A model generated the notes under the pieces. It had not been told where the DNA came from. It saw nothing but the letters and a program-made list of their open reading frames with translations, and did no database searches. Shown here piece by piece: positions 35,301-49,500 of a stretch of 64,000 nt of DNA. Made by a program: the position numbers and the translations under genes. Each line of letters starts with the position of its first letter. The stretch's first letter is position 1. Source of the DNA: Octopus vulgaris (Eukaryota); NCBI GenBank assembly GCA_951406725.2, contig OX597818.1:2480001-2544000 (forward strand), read 5' to 3'.

Positions 35301-38158
35301 AGTTCTAGTTGCTCTATTTGGCCTTTGCGTCTCACTACAGACAAACCAAAGCATTCAGAGATCACTTTGCATGCAGTCAATTGGTCTCCCAAGAGCACGT
35401 TCCAAAGATTTATCGACGAAGTTGCCCATGGACTTGATTTTGTGTTTGCTTATGTTGATGACATACTCATTGCAAGCGACATGCATGAGAATCACCTCCA
35501 ACACTTAAATCAACTCTTTCAGCGTCTTCACACCTGCAATGTGGGAATCAACCCCGATAAGTGTGTTTCCGAGCAGTCCTCTCTGGAATTTCTGGGGCAT
35601 TATATCGACTCCAATGGGATTAGACCTCTCTCTTCCAAAGTCGATGCAATTCAGCGCATCACCACCCCCCCACTTCACTATGCCAACTTCGCCATTTTTT
35701 GGGAGTCTTCAACTTGTACAGATGCTTCATTCGTGATTGTACAGACAAGTTACTTCCCTTGACTCAGCTGTTGAAAGCAGATAACAAAAAGAATTCTCCT
35801 ATTACTTTATATGCCAAGGCGTTACCTGCTTTTGAGTCAATCAAGAAAGAAATAGCTTCTGTCCCTTTGCTTGCACATCCGAATCCTGATGCACTTCTCT
35901 CTTTAACCGTTGATGCATCGGATTCTGCGGTTGGTGCTGTTTTGCAGCACACCATAGACAATCAGACTAAACCTTTGGTGTTTTTTTCTTGTCAATTAAA
36001 GACAGCTGAACGTTGGTACAGTACGTTTGATCGCGAGCTCTTTGCGATCTACCTGTCTGTTCGTCATTTTCAACATCAACTCAAGGGCCGAGATTTTGTG
36101 ATCTATACTGATCACAAGCCTCTTACGTTTGCTCTGTCATCTAAATCAGACAAACACTCGCTTTTCATCACCTGGACTACATTTCCCAGTTCCCGAGTGA
36201 CATTCAGCACATACCTGGAGCAGAGAACGTGCCTGCTGATGCACTCTCTCATCTTCCTGTGTGTTCCCTTTCATTTCCTGCTGCAATCAATTTAGCTGCC
36301 ATTGCACAGGATCAGCCAGCTCTGGACACTTTGGATTTAGCTTCTACCAAGCTGTCCTGTTACAAGTTTGCCTATCTCCCACTTCCATCTACTTAAGATA
36401 CCATTCTTTATAACACAGCTACTGGTTCTCCCAGATCATTTGTACCTGAGAACCACCAGCACTCTGTGTTTGATGCTTTGCATTCACTGTCACATCCTGG
36501 CGTCACTGCCTCGGTGAAGCTTGTTACGGCTTGGTTTTTCTGGCCTAATATGTGCTGGATGATCATCGAGTTGGCACACTCTTGTGTAAAATGCCAGTGT
36601 TCTAAAACCCACAGACATATTCGTGCTCCTCTTGGACAGTTTTCTCCTCTGGAGACTCGCTTTCGCCATGTCCACATTGATCTGGTTGGACCATAGCCTG
36701 TCAGTCACAGTTTCTCGTACATATTGACATGTGTCAATCAATTTCTCTTGTTGGCCAGAGGCCATTCCAATAGTGGACATTTCCACTGAGTCAGTTGCTT
36801 GAGCTTTCGTTTCTAACTAGATTGCTTGCTTTAGTGTCCCAGCTAAAATAACAACTGATTGCGGACGCCAGTTTGAGGCTTCCCTATTTCATGAATTATC
36901 AGGAATTCTAGATGTTCATCACATTCGTATGACCAGCCACCACCCAGCCTCCAATGGGATGGTCAAACATTTTCACAGGCAACTGAAGTCCACTCTATGC
37001 GCCACTCCTGATCTGCAGTCTTGGACAAAATTCCTGCCTATCATTCTTCTTGGTTGTCGCACTGTTGTTAAAGCAGACTTATGTTTCTCCTCTGCTGAAC
37101 TCCTTTACGATACCACCCTGGCACTCCCTGGTACAATGTTAGCACCAGACAACTCATCGCCTCCTGATCCAACATCGTATGTCACCAGACTTCGCTAATT
37201 TTTCTCAAGTCTTCCACCCTTGCATCCGCGTGACCAGTCTATTCCCTCTCACGCCCCACCAGACATTGACAAATGGACTCATGTTTTTGTTCAGGATGAT
37301 TCTGTCAAAGGACCTCTCATTTCTCCTTATAAGGGACCATTTCATGTGCTATCATGCACACCCAAAACTTTAATCTCAACATAAATGATCGAGCAGAGAC
37401 CGTGTCAGCCGACAGACTTAAAAGGGCACATTTTGAGGTGTCCACATCCTTCAATGACACCCCAAACATGCCCTCCTTTGATACTTTACAACCATCTACA
37501 CATCCACCTGCACATGCACCTTTGACCACACCATCACCTACACCTCCACCTTCGTCGCCACTACCTAACACAAACAAACCCTATGTCACCAAGACTGGCC
37601 GCACTGTGCATTGATCCAAAACACTCACTAAAACGAATTATATCTGACAATCTCTTTTGTGTTTCCTGTGACAGACAATTGCTTTCTTGCATTACTGAAC
37701 AATTCCAATACTCTGCCAGTGAAAATTTTGTCAAATTTTGTGCATGCCAATTTATATTTCTTGCAATTATTTTTCTATTTGACTTGTCACATTTTTGTAC
37801 CATATCTTGTTGTTTGCGATCAGTTACCATCTTTGCTCTTTCTTGTGCCTGCTCCAGTTATTCTGTTTTCACACTGCCATACTCAGTGAGGGAGCCCTTG
37901 TAGCGGCACAAGCAGTCAGTGCCATATTGGATGAGATCTCGCTGGAGCAAGATCTCATTTGCCATGCGCAAGATCACGAGGCTCATGATGGCAAACTGGT
38001 TATAAGGGCACAACAAAAACAGATTTATTCTCTTATAAATTGCATTTGTACTTAAAGACTTCTTTCCTTGCCTGCTGGAGCCTGAACTACACAAAGAACA
38101 ATATTTAATGGGAGAAGGTGATATTCGCCCAATATCATAAACCTTGTCTCCCATTATA
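32305..38158 (+). mobile_element. Gypsy/Ty3 LTR retrotransposon B with both LTRs and 4-bp TSD (ACAG)
   Basis: LTRs 32305-32777 and 37899-38158; PBS tggtgacccc; gag LWFAQLEAYF; RT AYVDD; RNase H VDAS, TDHKPL; integrase HxxxHPG...C..C, HIDLVGP; TSD at 32301-32304 and 38159-38162. Confidence 0.93.
33066..34174. mobile_element. Non-autonomous piggyBac-like element nested in Gypsy B
   Basis: TTAA on both sides; TIRs ccctttcgtta / taacgaaaggg; no transposase ORF; internal direct repeats of about 100 bp and about 30 bp. Confidence 0.85.
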
Positions 38159-38439
38159 ACAGTGAAAAGATAAAAAAAGAAAATAACCAGAAAAATTGGT
38201 TAAATTTTTTTATTTTTTAGTTTAAAATAAAACAAAATAATAGGAAACAACTACATTGTGGATTTTCATTAAATTGTTACAATTCATTTTTGCTTTTCAA
38301 AATATCACAAGCAAGAGGGCAGAACATTTACTAAAACCCTGAAAATATAATTTAACAAAGCAGTATTCACAAAATGATATTCAATAAATCCTAATCAAAA
38401 ATGGTATTTAAAAGATGGAACTCAATAAATGATACTTAC

Positions 38440-38494
38440 TAAACTGCTTTCTTTGAAAGAGTTCACATCAGAAGCATGCCTGAGGTTGCATTTT
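38440..38494 (-). CDS. Exon of the KIAA1549-like gene (KCNLRHASDVNSFKESSL)
   Basis: TTA|gtaagt donor in phase 0; phase 2 acceptor (ctaag; an alternative ctcag lies downstream); fits both neighbouring exons. Confidence 0.65.
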
Positions 38495-38874
38495 CTTAGA
38501 GGATATGAAAAGACAAGATATTATAACATATCATAAATAACAACTAGCTTGCCACAGCACCAAAATTTGGAACCAAAATTTGTATAACATTATAAATAGT
38601 ATGATTTGTTAAATGGACAATAACATCTATCCCATATAAGAATACAGTGGATATTCTTGCCCAAATTACAGTATGTCAGAAAAATTTCAGGATGATCATA
38701 GCTGGATTACCTTAAGTCATCGGTGTACTTGATCAAATTGACTTGATGTCAATCCTTTTGATTTCACCTACCTGAGACAGTCTCTGGTTCAATAATATAA
38801 ATTTTCTGTTGTAAAGTGAGCTAAATTAAAATCTTCCATCACAATTTCAAGTCAATTTATGTTCCAAATTAAAA

Positions 38875-39196
38875 GACTCCGCCGGTTACGACGACGAGGG
38901 TCCCAGCTGATACGATCAACGGAACAGCTTGCTCGTGAAATTAACGTGCAAATGGCTGAGCATTCCACAGACACGTGTACCCTTAACGTAGTTCTCGGGG
39001 ATAATCAGCGTGACACAGAGAGTGACAAGGCTGACCCTTTGAAATACAAGTACAACTCATTTTTGCCAGCTGAGTGGACTGGAGCAACGTGAAATAAAGT
39101 GTCTTGCTCAAGGACACAACACGTCGCCGGGAATCGAACTCACAACCTTACGATCATGAGTCGAATGCCCTAACCACTAAGCCACACGCCCTCACA
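38875..39196 (-). mobile_element. tRNA-derived SINE with CORE-like segment
   Basis: A box tggcttagtgg, B box gagttcgattcc, gtgtccttgagcaagacact; related copy at about 53605-53920. Confidence 0.8.
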
Positions 39197-41359
39197 GTCT
39201 GAAGGATATTGTTGTGGAGAAAACTGACACCCCTGCACATGACTGTCAGTGGACTAGGCAAGTCTATAAATAGATGAGCCAGTAATGAGTTGAGGTCGAA
39301 ATGTGAGAGCATTAGTCTCGTAACTGATTCAGTGTTGGAGTGTTATTGTGCAAACGGTTATAATAAGTTAACCAACTCTTGTTACACTGTTTATTGTTAT
39401 ACAGTTATATTTGGTATTGTGATATATTGTTACACACACACCATATATCATCAATGACGATATAACAATTGGTAATGAGAAGTATTTGAGATTCACTTGA
39501 ATTATTACAAACTGTATATTTTTTGTTTATGAGAACAAAAAATTCATCTTGTTTATCATGGAAGAATTATAATCAACCGTGATAGAGTTGCAAAAACAGC
39601 AACACAAGGTTTTACAGGTTCTCCTCAAGGAAACAAAAAAATGCTACAAATGCATTTAGACCAGATTCATTGGCAAGCTCCATCAACAAATTTAGATATA
39701 ATCCAGACAAAGGTGTCTCGTTTGCTGCTTATTATAGTCATTTTGAGGAAATATTGAAGCATATTCAGACTGGAAAGAAGACCAGAAGACTAGCTTTTGC
39801 TAAGAAAATTAGCACCAGTGAAACATGAAACGTATATTAATTATATACAACACCCAAAATCTGGAGAATTATGATTTGAAGATACAATAAGCACACTATC
39901 AAAACTTTTTAGTGAAAAAAGATCTTTGTTCAACACGAAATGGTCCTGTTTAAATTTGACAAAAACATGTAGAGGCTGACTTACTATGCCAGAATAGTAA
40001 ACCAGGAGTGTGAAAAGTTCAAGTTAAAGAAACTATCAATGGATATTGAACCATGATATTACTCTTCAACAGATATCAGAAGACTGCCAACGGATAATAA
40101 ATCTTAAACATGACAATGAGAAAATACATGAACGTGATATATCAAACATACAGGCTATAAGACCAAAGAAAATCATTAGAAAGTGCAAAGTGGATGCACA
40201 AGATGTAGTCAAATACATGACCAGTATGACTGTTTGTTCAAAAAACTTAAATGTTTCAGTTGTGGTTTTCAAGGTTACAAAAGTTCTCATTGTCGCACAA
40301 AAATAAGGAAAGGATCCAAAAATGATGCATACAGGAAACATAATAAAAATTTATACAGTGTGTCTGAAAATGATAAGGATAATGAAATACTTAGAAAGTT
40401 TGTAAACATGAAAATAAATGGAACAAACATCAGATTACAGCTCAATACTGGGAGTGGTATAACCATATTAAATGATAAAACATGAAGTGCATTAGATAAA
40501 CTGGTACTAAGTAAAACTACAATAGCTGCAAGAGGTGTTTCAGGAAGAAAATTACTGTTTAGAGGTGAATTCAATTGCAATATGGCTTTTCGAGGCAGAA
40601 CAATAAAAGCAAAGGCTTATGTGCTAAATAACACCAATAATTTATTTGGAATGAATTGGATGGAGAAATTTGATCTCTGGGATTTACCCATTAACCACTA
40701 TTGCAAAAATATAATAGGTACAGGCACAAGTTCTAACACTGACTCAGATAAATTGCAAAAAGAATTAAAGAAAGTATTCCCAGATGTGTTTTCACATGAA
40801 CTAGGTACATGTTTGAAAACAAAGCAAAATTTGAGATAAAAGAGAATACAGTATCAATTTTTAAACCAAAAATAAATGTGCCACCATACACAGCATTAGA
40901 ACAGATAAACTTAGAGATACAAGAAAAAATTGGAGTTATTCAAAAAGTAGAATATTCTCAATGAGCATCACTAACTGTGTACGTTAAGAAAAAGAATAAA
41001 ATCAGAGTGTGTGCTGATTTTTCCGCTAGGTTAAACAAATGTCTTAAAATGTTCAACTATCTGCTACCTACTCCAGAAGACAAAATTAAATAGTGGCAAG
41101 ATATTTTAATAGATTGGGTTTTTCTAATATATATCTATAAATTAAAGTAGATAAAGAATGCTCTAAATACCTAACAATTAACACTCATAAAGAACTGTAT
41201 AAATACAACAGGCTATCATTTAGCATAAAAGTCACACCAGTAATCTTCTAACAGATTATGGATGCGGTGTTAGTGGACTGTGATTTCACAATTGCATATC
41301 TCAATGACATATTGATTAAGAGTGAATCAAGAAGTCTGCATACACAACATGTGAATAAG

Positions 41360-41990
41360 GTATTCTCACCATGAAGAATACACACCACAAAGAAATGATC
41401 AGGCTCAATAACGATCTGTAAAGCAACAACTACTCCAAAAGTATACTATCCACTCCAATTATGAAGAAGAGAGAGGATAAGGCCAATAAACTGTCCACAG
41501 TCTGTCTCCCCTATGTGAAAGGCCTCTCCAAAAAGATACAAAAGATATGCGGTCCATATGACAGGACAGTATTCAAGAGTAATACAACACTTCACAAATA
41601 TCTCCGAGTAAAACCACCAATAGAAGAGAATATGACCAAAGACTGCGTGTACTCCATCCCATGCAGTTGTGGTAGAAACATGCCACCCCCTCAGAATAAG
41701 GGTAGATAAACATCGCAAAGCTGTGACACGAGGAGATATTGATAAATCAGGTATAGCTGATCATTTATGGAAAATGGAGACCACCTCCTCCTGTGGGATG
41801 AAATTAAAATAATAGACAGAGAACACCACTGGAAAATACAAAAACTAAAAGAAGCAGCACATTTGCTAGAACACAACAACCTCCTAAGCGGACCGAGTGC
41901 AGATATGAGCAGCAAATAGGAACCGGTATTAAGGAAGGATAGGAAAATATTAGATTTATAAGCCCTAAAATTCACTCCATAATTGCCCAG
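41360..41990 (+). mobile_element. Penelope-like (Poseidon-type) GIY-YIG fragment inside Gypsy C
   Basis: LPYVKGLS...VFKS...CVYSIPCSCG...HRKA...KSGIADH...WDEIKIIDRE...KLKEA. Confidence 0.8.
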
Positions 41991-42115
41991 GGATATATGG
42001 CATAGTGGTTAAGAGTGCAGGCTACTAACCCCAAGATTCTGAGTTCAAAGGCTGGAGGGTATATCAGCTGAAAAGCTGTGTTAGTAACAAACAAGATGAG
42101 GACAAATATCTGTTG
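41990..42115 (+). mobile_element. tRNA-derived SINE fragment
   Basis: tggcatagtggttaagag...gagttcaa A/B-box-like head. Confidence 0.55.
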
Positions 42116-43745
42116 AATGTAAATAATGTAAAAGCATTTTGTGTTATGTGATTAATGAATTGCCTGTAACTTTTGAAGAAATTAAAGCCAAAGCACCAAA
42201 AGATGACTATGAAAGAAAATAAAGTAAATATATGCCGGACTGAAAATTTAAATTCAAACTCATATTCTGTATGCGACAACATTCTAATGTATGCACAGAG
42301 GACTGTTGTACCATTTCCATTGCAAAAAAGAATTCTGAAAGATTTTCATGTTGGACATCCAGGAATGTCCTGCATGAAAGCACTTATGAGAAGCTATGTG
42401 TATTGGCTGAAGATGGATAAAAATATTGAAGATCTGCTGAGGCTGCACTCTGACAACAAAATCGCCTATTGTAAGACATCAACTATAGTCAAAGACTGAG
42501 ACACCGTGGTCCAGGCTTCACATAGACTTCACAGGCCCACTATATAGAAACTATTTTCTTGTAGTAGTGGATAGTTACACAAAATGGCCAGAAGTAAATG
42601 TAGATATCCTATGTATCTACAATAATTGATTTCTTCCATGAGATATTTTCTCAATATGGTATACTAGATACCATTGTAATGGGATAACTGTGATAATGGG
42701 ACACAGTTTACAGGATCTCAATTCAGAGATGTCTGCCAGATGTTCCAAATTGATCATGTATCCATGCCACCATATCACCCACGGTCAAATGGTCAGGTGG
42801 AACGGTTGTTGAACACTTTCAAGAGGGCACTAAGAAAAGTGAACAACAGAAGGATTTATGACCTGGCATTAATAAAATTTCTAAGGGTATATAGAGTTAC
42901 TGCAAACCCAAATGCACCATCTAGTAAATCTAGAACTAATGTTCATGAGAAAGACTAAGCCCTTATTCAACAAACTGTTGTCAAGCAGAGAAAAAAAACT
43001 TGAAATGACAATAATGACAAAAGCACAACAACAAAAAGTTTTAAAGTAGGCGAAAAAGTGCTTTTTAAAATATACAGATATGGGAAACAATCATGGGAAG
43101 ATGGTATTATTTGTAATAGAATTGGGAAAATGATCTATATAGTAAAATAGGCAAAAAGACAATGGTTCAATTTCAAAAGATATGCAAACCAGTTGAGAAA
43201 AAGATACACCGAGGATAATAATAAAAGAATTGAAGAACCAATGGATTTTATGTACACTATGTTCGGCGTATCATTACCAGATGAAATTGACACATCTATT
43301 CGGAGTAGTATTAGGAGGAAATTTCCAGAGCCTTTAATGGTTTGCTCAAAGAGGAAAAAGTATTGAACTCTGTTCGGAGTTGATTTTTTTTTTTAAAGGG
43401 GAGATGTGGGGGAGAAATAAATAAAAAAATAAATGTATTCACCTACACTCTACAAGAAGTGTATAGTTTAAAGGGGAGATGTGAAGTGAATAGACACCCC
43501 CACACATGACTGTCAATGGACTGGACAATCTATAAATAGATGAGCCAGTAGAGAGTTGAGGTTGAACTGTGAGAGCATTAGTCTCGTTATTGATTCTGCG
43601 TTATTGTGTTATTGTGCAAACGGTTATAAGGTAACCAACTCTTGTTACATTGCTTATTGTTATACGGTTAAATTTGATACAGTGATATACTATTACACAC
43701 ACACACACACACATCATATATTGTCACTGACATCATAACAGATAT

Positions 43746-46190
43746 TTCGCTGGTTCACAAGGAAACAGAAATAACAAAATTACATACTGTTTCTTTGTGG
43801 ATGACTTGAAACTACATGCAAAGAATATGCACAAGATGAAAAAGAGCCTTGACCTGGTTACAACATTCTCAAAGGATATAGGGTTGGAGTTTGGCCAGGA
43901 TAAATGCTGTTATATGAAAAGAGGGAAACTGTAAACCAGACTAGTAACATCTCCATCAATGACTTGACTGTTTCTCCTATATCAGATATGGAATGTTACA
44001 GGTATATAGGGGTAGATGAAAACATCTTACAATAGCACCTGTAACAAAACACGTGTCACTAAAAAATATTACAGCTGAATAAGGAAAATTTGGACCTCAG
44101 AACTCTCTGCATGCAATAAAACAGTGTCCCACAATGTAATTGCAATGCCAGTACTCATACCAGCATTTGGGCTGCTTGAATGGATGCTTGATGAGATCCA
44201 AGCCATTGATGTGAAAATCTGGAAGATACAAACAAGCACACATAATTTCCACATCAACAGTGATATAGACTGCCTATATCTAAAATGAAAACAAGACAGC
44301 AGAGGCTTAACATCAATCCAAAATACCATTGAATGTTGTATCATATCCCTTTGGCAGAATCTTTTAACCACTAGGTGTCGAAGTGCATCCTATGACCAAG
44401 TTTGAATACATGAGGCTGAAACATCATAAGACTTGGAAGGCAGCTTCCTGAGCAGCATTCCTTGTCTGATAACCTTAAATACATGCCCAAAGAAGTCACA
44501 TGGCTCTACTGCAATGTAGCATCAGATTAAAGGATGAGCATATACGAGCAGAAGACCATGCATGCATATGTTAGTAGAAAGCTTAGAGATGATAGTAACA
44601 TTGATCATCAAAGCAGTCTATCATGAACTAAAAACTGGATTACTGCCTCCCATTTTGAAGGGTATGCATTTGCAATCCAGTAACAGGAAATATCAACCAA
44701 ATATCTCATGCACAAAAGGGACAGAGATGCAGACTTTATGGAGTTAACACCAAAGATACCACCCACATCATAAGCAGTTGTTCAAAAATATCATCACGGT
44801 ATTATCTACCAGAGTTCATTATGGTGCATTGCTTGTGACTTCGGCATTCCTGAGCATTTCGTCAATGCCTTTCAGAGCCTTTACAGCGAGTCTAGATGCT
44901 GTGTTCAAATGGAGACAGGCTGCATCAACTACTTTACCATTGAGACTGGTGTACAGCAAGGGTGCATTCTATCCCCTCTCCTATTTCTTATAGCAATTGA
45001 CTTTGTCATGCATGGGGTGATGCGCCAACACAGATTTGGGATTCTCTGGTATGGGTTGGGGTGCCTGACTGACCTTGACTTCACCAAATTACATTACACT
45101 CCTCAGACCGATGAAGAATGTCATTCACACATTGACAGACAGATTGGAATGGGAGACAACCAAGATCAGACTCTGCATAAGTGCAAACAAGACAAAGATC
45201 ATGAGGACTGGATATGTTGATGGGAACAACAATGGCGTCTCCTTGACGACTGGACAACACCAAATCAAGGAAGTTGATGAGTTCACATATTTGGGCAGCA
45301 TCGTGGCCAATGATGGAGATGCCAAATACGACATTGCCTGCCAGATTGGAAAGGCCTTGGTTGTCTTTCAAAGACTCAAACCTAATCTGGGCAGGCAGGG
45401 CGATCTCCACCAAGACCAAAGTGCACCTCTTCCATTCTGTGGAAGTCACCGCATAGCAAGAGAAAACAAGGGCAACCTAAAGTGACTTGGCACTGCACCT
45501 TCATTGATGACCTCAAAGCCATTGACATTTCATGGGATGAAGCTGAAATCGCCACGGTCAACCAACCATGTTGGAGAAACCTTTCCACCCAATGTGCCAC
45601 ACAGCACAGGAGGACCTAAGATTAAAATTATCTACCGGTGAGAGATGATGTTGTAGCAAGGACACTGTATAATGAGATCCGTCGAAAGGATAACTCTGAG
45701 GACACTAAAAATAAGAACCCACAGTATGGTGGAAGTCATAACCACTCATAATAAAAAAGAGTACTGATGGAATGTCCCAGTGAAAACCTCAATAAAATAT
45801 AAACACAATAGACCTGATATAATAATTTGGGACAGAGAAGAGAAACTGTACAGTTGTGGAAATCAGCTACCCAGTAGGTAGGTGAAGATCAGTGAAAACA
45901 GAATATCTATGCTGAGCTATTGAGAAATCTGCAGTTACTCTATCCAGATTACAAATTGCTTAGGGAAGGTTCAACAGTACCTCCAGGTAAATTTGATGAT
46001 ACCTGTAATTATTGGAGTTCTGGGATATGTAACATACTTCCTAAATACCAATCTTGAGAAATTAGGTTTCTCAAAACCAGAAAGGAGAAAGCTAATTTGA
46101 AGACTACAGATCTAAGCCATCACAGGAACATAAAAATCTGTAAAACTTTCCAGAAGTTTATCATTTAAGTATATATGAGCATGTCTAGGT
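43746..46190 (+). mobile_element. Decayed RLE-type (R4/Dong-like) non-LTR retrotransposon, 3' half
   Basis: FVDDLK, GLEFGQDKC, YRYIG, FAIQ.QEI, HIISSC, HNRPDIIIWD..VEIS, IPVIIGVLG motifs read across frameshifts. Confidence 0.75.
44811..45626 (+). mobile_element. Different RTE-clade LINE fragment inserted in the R4-like element, 10-bp TSD ATTATCTACC
   Basis: TGVQQGCILSPLLF, EVDEFTYLGS; TSD at 44801-44810 and 45627-45636. Confidence 0.85.
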
Positions 46191-46519
46191 ATGCAAGTAT
46201 ATGCATGAGAAGACATACATAAAACAAAACATACAAATCTGTACATATATATACACACATACATACATGCATGCATGCATGCGTGCATACATACATACAT
46301 ACATACATACATACATACATACATACATACATACATACATACACAAAAAAATACCCTGTTGTTGATGTTGAAATTCCAATAAAGGAGCCTTGGATCTAGG
46401 TTAGAAACTGGCTCTTTCTCTATTGGCAACAAATCTTGAAATAAAACTGAATAATGACAGACAGACATATCATAATCATCATCATCATCATTTAATGTCC
46501 ATTTTCCATGCTGGCAAGG

Positions 46520-49500
46520 GTTGGATGTTCTTCCTCATCATGCAGTTATTTCTGATAAGAAACTTTGCAAAGTGTGCATTGTATTTGATTGTGCAACAAA
46601 ATATCAGGGCAAATCTCTCAATGAACATTACAGACAAAGCCTGACCTATTTAGCAAACTTTTGCATGTATTGTTGAGATTTAGACAGCATCACTATTCCA
46701 TTATAGCTGACATTGAATCTATGTACCATCAAGTCAAGATTCCACTGGAAGATAGAGATGCTTTGAGATTTTTGTGGTATCAAGGTGGTGAGGTTGTTCG
46801 CTATCACATGACATCACATTTGTTTGGGGGGGGGTAGTAGTTCTACCTATGCTATTAAATGGATTGTTGCAGAATGTGAAGATGCCAGTACATTAGCAAT
46901 TGATTCAATTGACAAGTCATTCTATGTAGATGATTTATAGAAATCTATAGAAGATAAAGACAAAGCTAGAACAATTCTGCGTGAAGTTCCCTTGGTTTTA
47001 GCTAGTGGTGGTTTCAATCTCATAAAATTTATTGTCAAATATAGTCAGTTGTTGGAAGAAATTCTAGAGAAACCCAGGGCAAAAGAGGTGAAGAGATTCA
47101 ATTGGAAAGGTACTTAGTTTAAAATGGAATATCATGTCAATGCTTTTGCCTTTGAGGTCAATGTAGAAACAAATCAGATAGTCGTGAGGAGGAAAATGTT
47201 GAGCATTGTGTCATTGATGTATGACTCACTTGGCTTTGTTGGTCCCCAGATATTATTGGGCAAATTGATTTTTCAGGATGCTACCCATTAGAAATATGAT
47301 TGGGATGAACCAGTTTCTTTGGGACTTTGTGTGCAGTGGTTGGAAACATTGGAGTTTCTCAATCAAGTGTAAATTCCGCACCGTAATAAACCACTGGGTT
47401 TTGATGAGGCATATTTGGAATTATATCATTTTTCAGATGCAAGCCTGTCAGCCTACAGTTGTTGTAGCTATATCAGGTATGTCAACAAGTTTGGAAAGAT
47501 CCCTACACAGCTTATCACAAGCAAAAGTAGAGTTGCACCTCTCAAACAATGTACCATACCATGACTGGAATTACAAGCAGCCGCTTTGTCAGTCACAGTT
47601 AACACTCTCCTGAGAAAGGGATTGGAAATTAGAATTGATCAGATGTTCTTTTGGTTAGATTCGAAAGTAGTTTTGGCTTACATTATAAATGAAACCAAAC
47701 GATTCCAGATATTTATAGAAAATAGAGTTAGTCTTATCAGTGGCATTATGTGTCAAGGACATTGTTAGTCGAGGTCTGGTGTTTGGCAAATTAGATAGCA
47801 ACTATACAAGAATAGTGGGGAATTGTTATTGGGTGATGTGGAGATCAGAAAAGACCCAATTAGGATGTGCAATGATCATAGGTAGTATGAATCCTATAGA
47901 TGGGATCATGGAACATTATTCAGACTGATGTAGGATGAAACGTGCTTTAGCATGGTTGCTTCGATTTGCAAAAATGTGCAAAAACAGAAATGTCAAACAG
48001 GAACTTTTATGCATTGAAGAAATCCAGCTTACAGAGTTGTCTCTGATCATGAGAGCTCAGCAAATACATTATGGAGACAAATTAGATAGTTTATTGGGGA
48101 AAAAATGTATCAGCAAATCCAGTTCCCTCAGATCACTCCACCCGTTTCTGGATGATGATGGTATTCTCAGGGTAGGTGGTAGATTGGTTGAGTCTACAGC
48201 TGAAATCAAGAATCCGGTTATAATATCAGGTAAACATGTCATTGCTGAGTGTATTGCTGCTTATTTTTACAGAAAAGCTCATGTAGGGAGAGAATGGACT
48301 TTATGACTTATCAGGCAGCATTATTGGATTACAGGTGACAGATCTGTTGTCAAGAAAGTTATCTGTTCATGTGTTGTTTGTAGGAAATTATTTGCCAAGC
48401 CAGCTCTTAAATTATGGCAAATCTCCCCAGGGAGAGAGTTGAATCAGACAAACCTCCTTTTACATACATTGGTGTAGATGTCTTTGGGCATTTCATGGTC
48501 AAAGTCAATTGTTCAGAAGTAAAGCATTACAGTTGTATGTTCACATGTCTTGTGACTAGAGCAGTACATATTGAGATGTTACATAGTCTAGACACCGAAT
48601 CTTTCATCAATCGTTTTCACAGATTTATATTTAGAATGGGTCACCCACAGAAGGTTTACTCAGACAATGGTACAAACTTTGTTGGGGCTAGAGCTGAGTT
48701 AAAAAGGGGTTTACAGAAGTTATCTCAGACTGATATTCAAGCTTATGCATTGAAATAAAACATAAATCGGTGTTTTAATCCACCAGCAGCTTCTCATATG
48801 GGGAGAGCTTGGGAACGCATGATAGGTTGTGCTCGGAGAGTTATGGAAAGGTTACTGTCTGGTCCTGTTAGACTCTCTGATGAAATTCTAGAGACAGTGT
48901 TCGCAGAGGTTGAATCTATTTTGAATGGTAGACTGCTAACAAAAGTAAGTGACAATCCAAAAGATCCTTCTCCGTTAACACCCAATCATTTACTTTTGCT
49001 TAGGGAAGGTTCAACAGTACCTCCAGGTAAATTTGATGAAAGGGACACTTTTTGTAGAAGATGGAAACATGTACATTTAGCAGATCAATTCTGGTCTAAA
49101 TTATTAAAATTGTATTTACCTGATTTACATAAACGGGTCAAGTGGACAGAATTACATAGGAATATATCAGTTGGAGATCATGCCAGAAGAAAACACTCCA
49201 TGGAATTTATGGCCTATGGCAGTAGTATAGGAGCTAGCCAAAGGAAGGGACAGACATGCTAGATCTGTTAAGTTGAAAACTAAGTCTAGTTAATTAGAGT
49301 GGCTGATTACCAAAATCATTTTACTTGAGGGTGCTGGCGAGCATTTGAGTAAATAGTTGTACCGTTGCAGTGTGTTTGTTATCTGTAGAGTCAATATACA
49401 TATTTCCATTAGTATTTATCAGTAAATACTTCATGGTTTGTGGGGAGGGGTGTTTTCACAACTTGTCGGAAGTGAATCACTTCCAGTTAGTATCTGGGAT

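Larger units (their letters stand above)
39210..43740 (+). mobile_element. Decayed Gypsy/Ty3 LTR retrotransposon C with 5-bp TSD (GATAT)
   Basis: LTRs 39210-39467 and 43480-43740; gag CCHC (CFSCGFQGYKSSHC), protease, RT N-terminus, integrase (HVGHPG, PPYHPRSNGQVER); PPT aaaggggaga; TSD at 39205-39209 and 43741-43745. Confidence 0.9.

Noticed and set aside
38711-38768. Minus-strand segment bounded by AG and GT
   Set aside because: Stop codons in all three frames
39120-39195. tRNA gene
   Set aside because: The tRNA-like A/B boxes run into a CORE-like SINE body and no convincing acceptor stem forms
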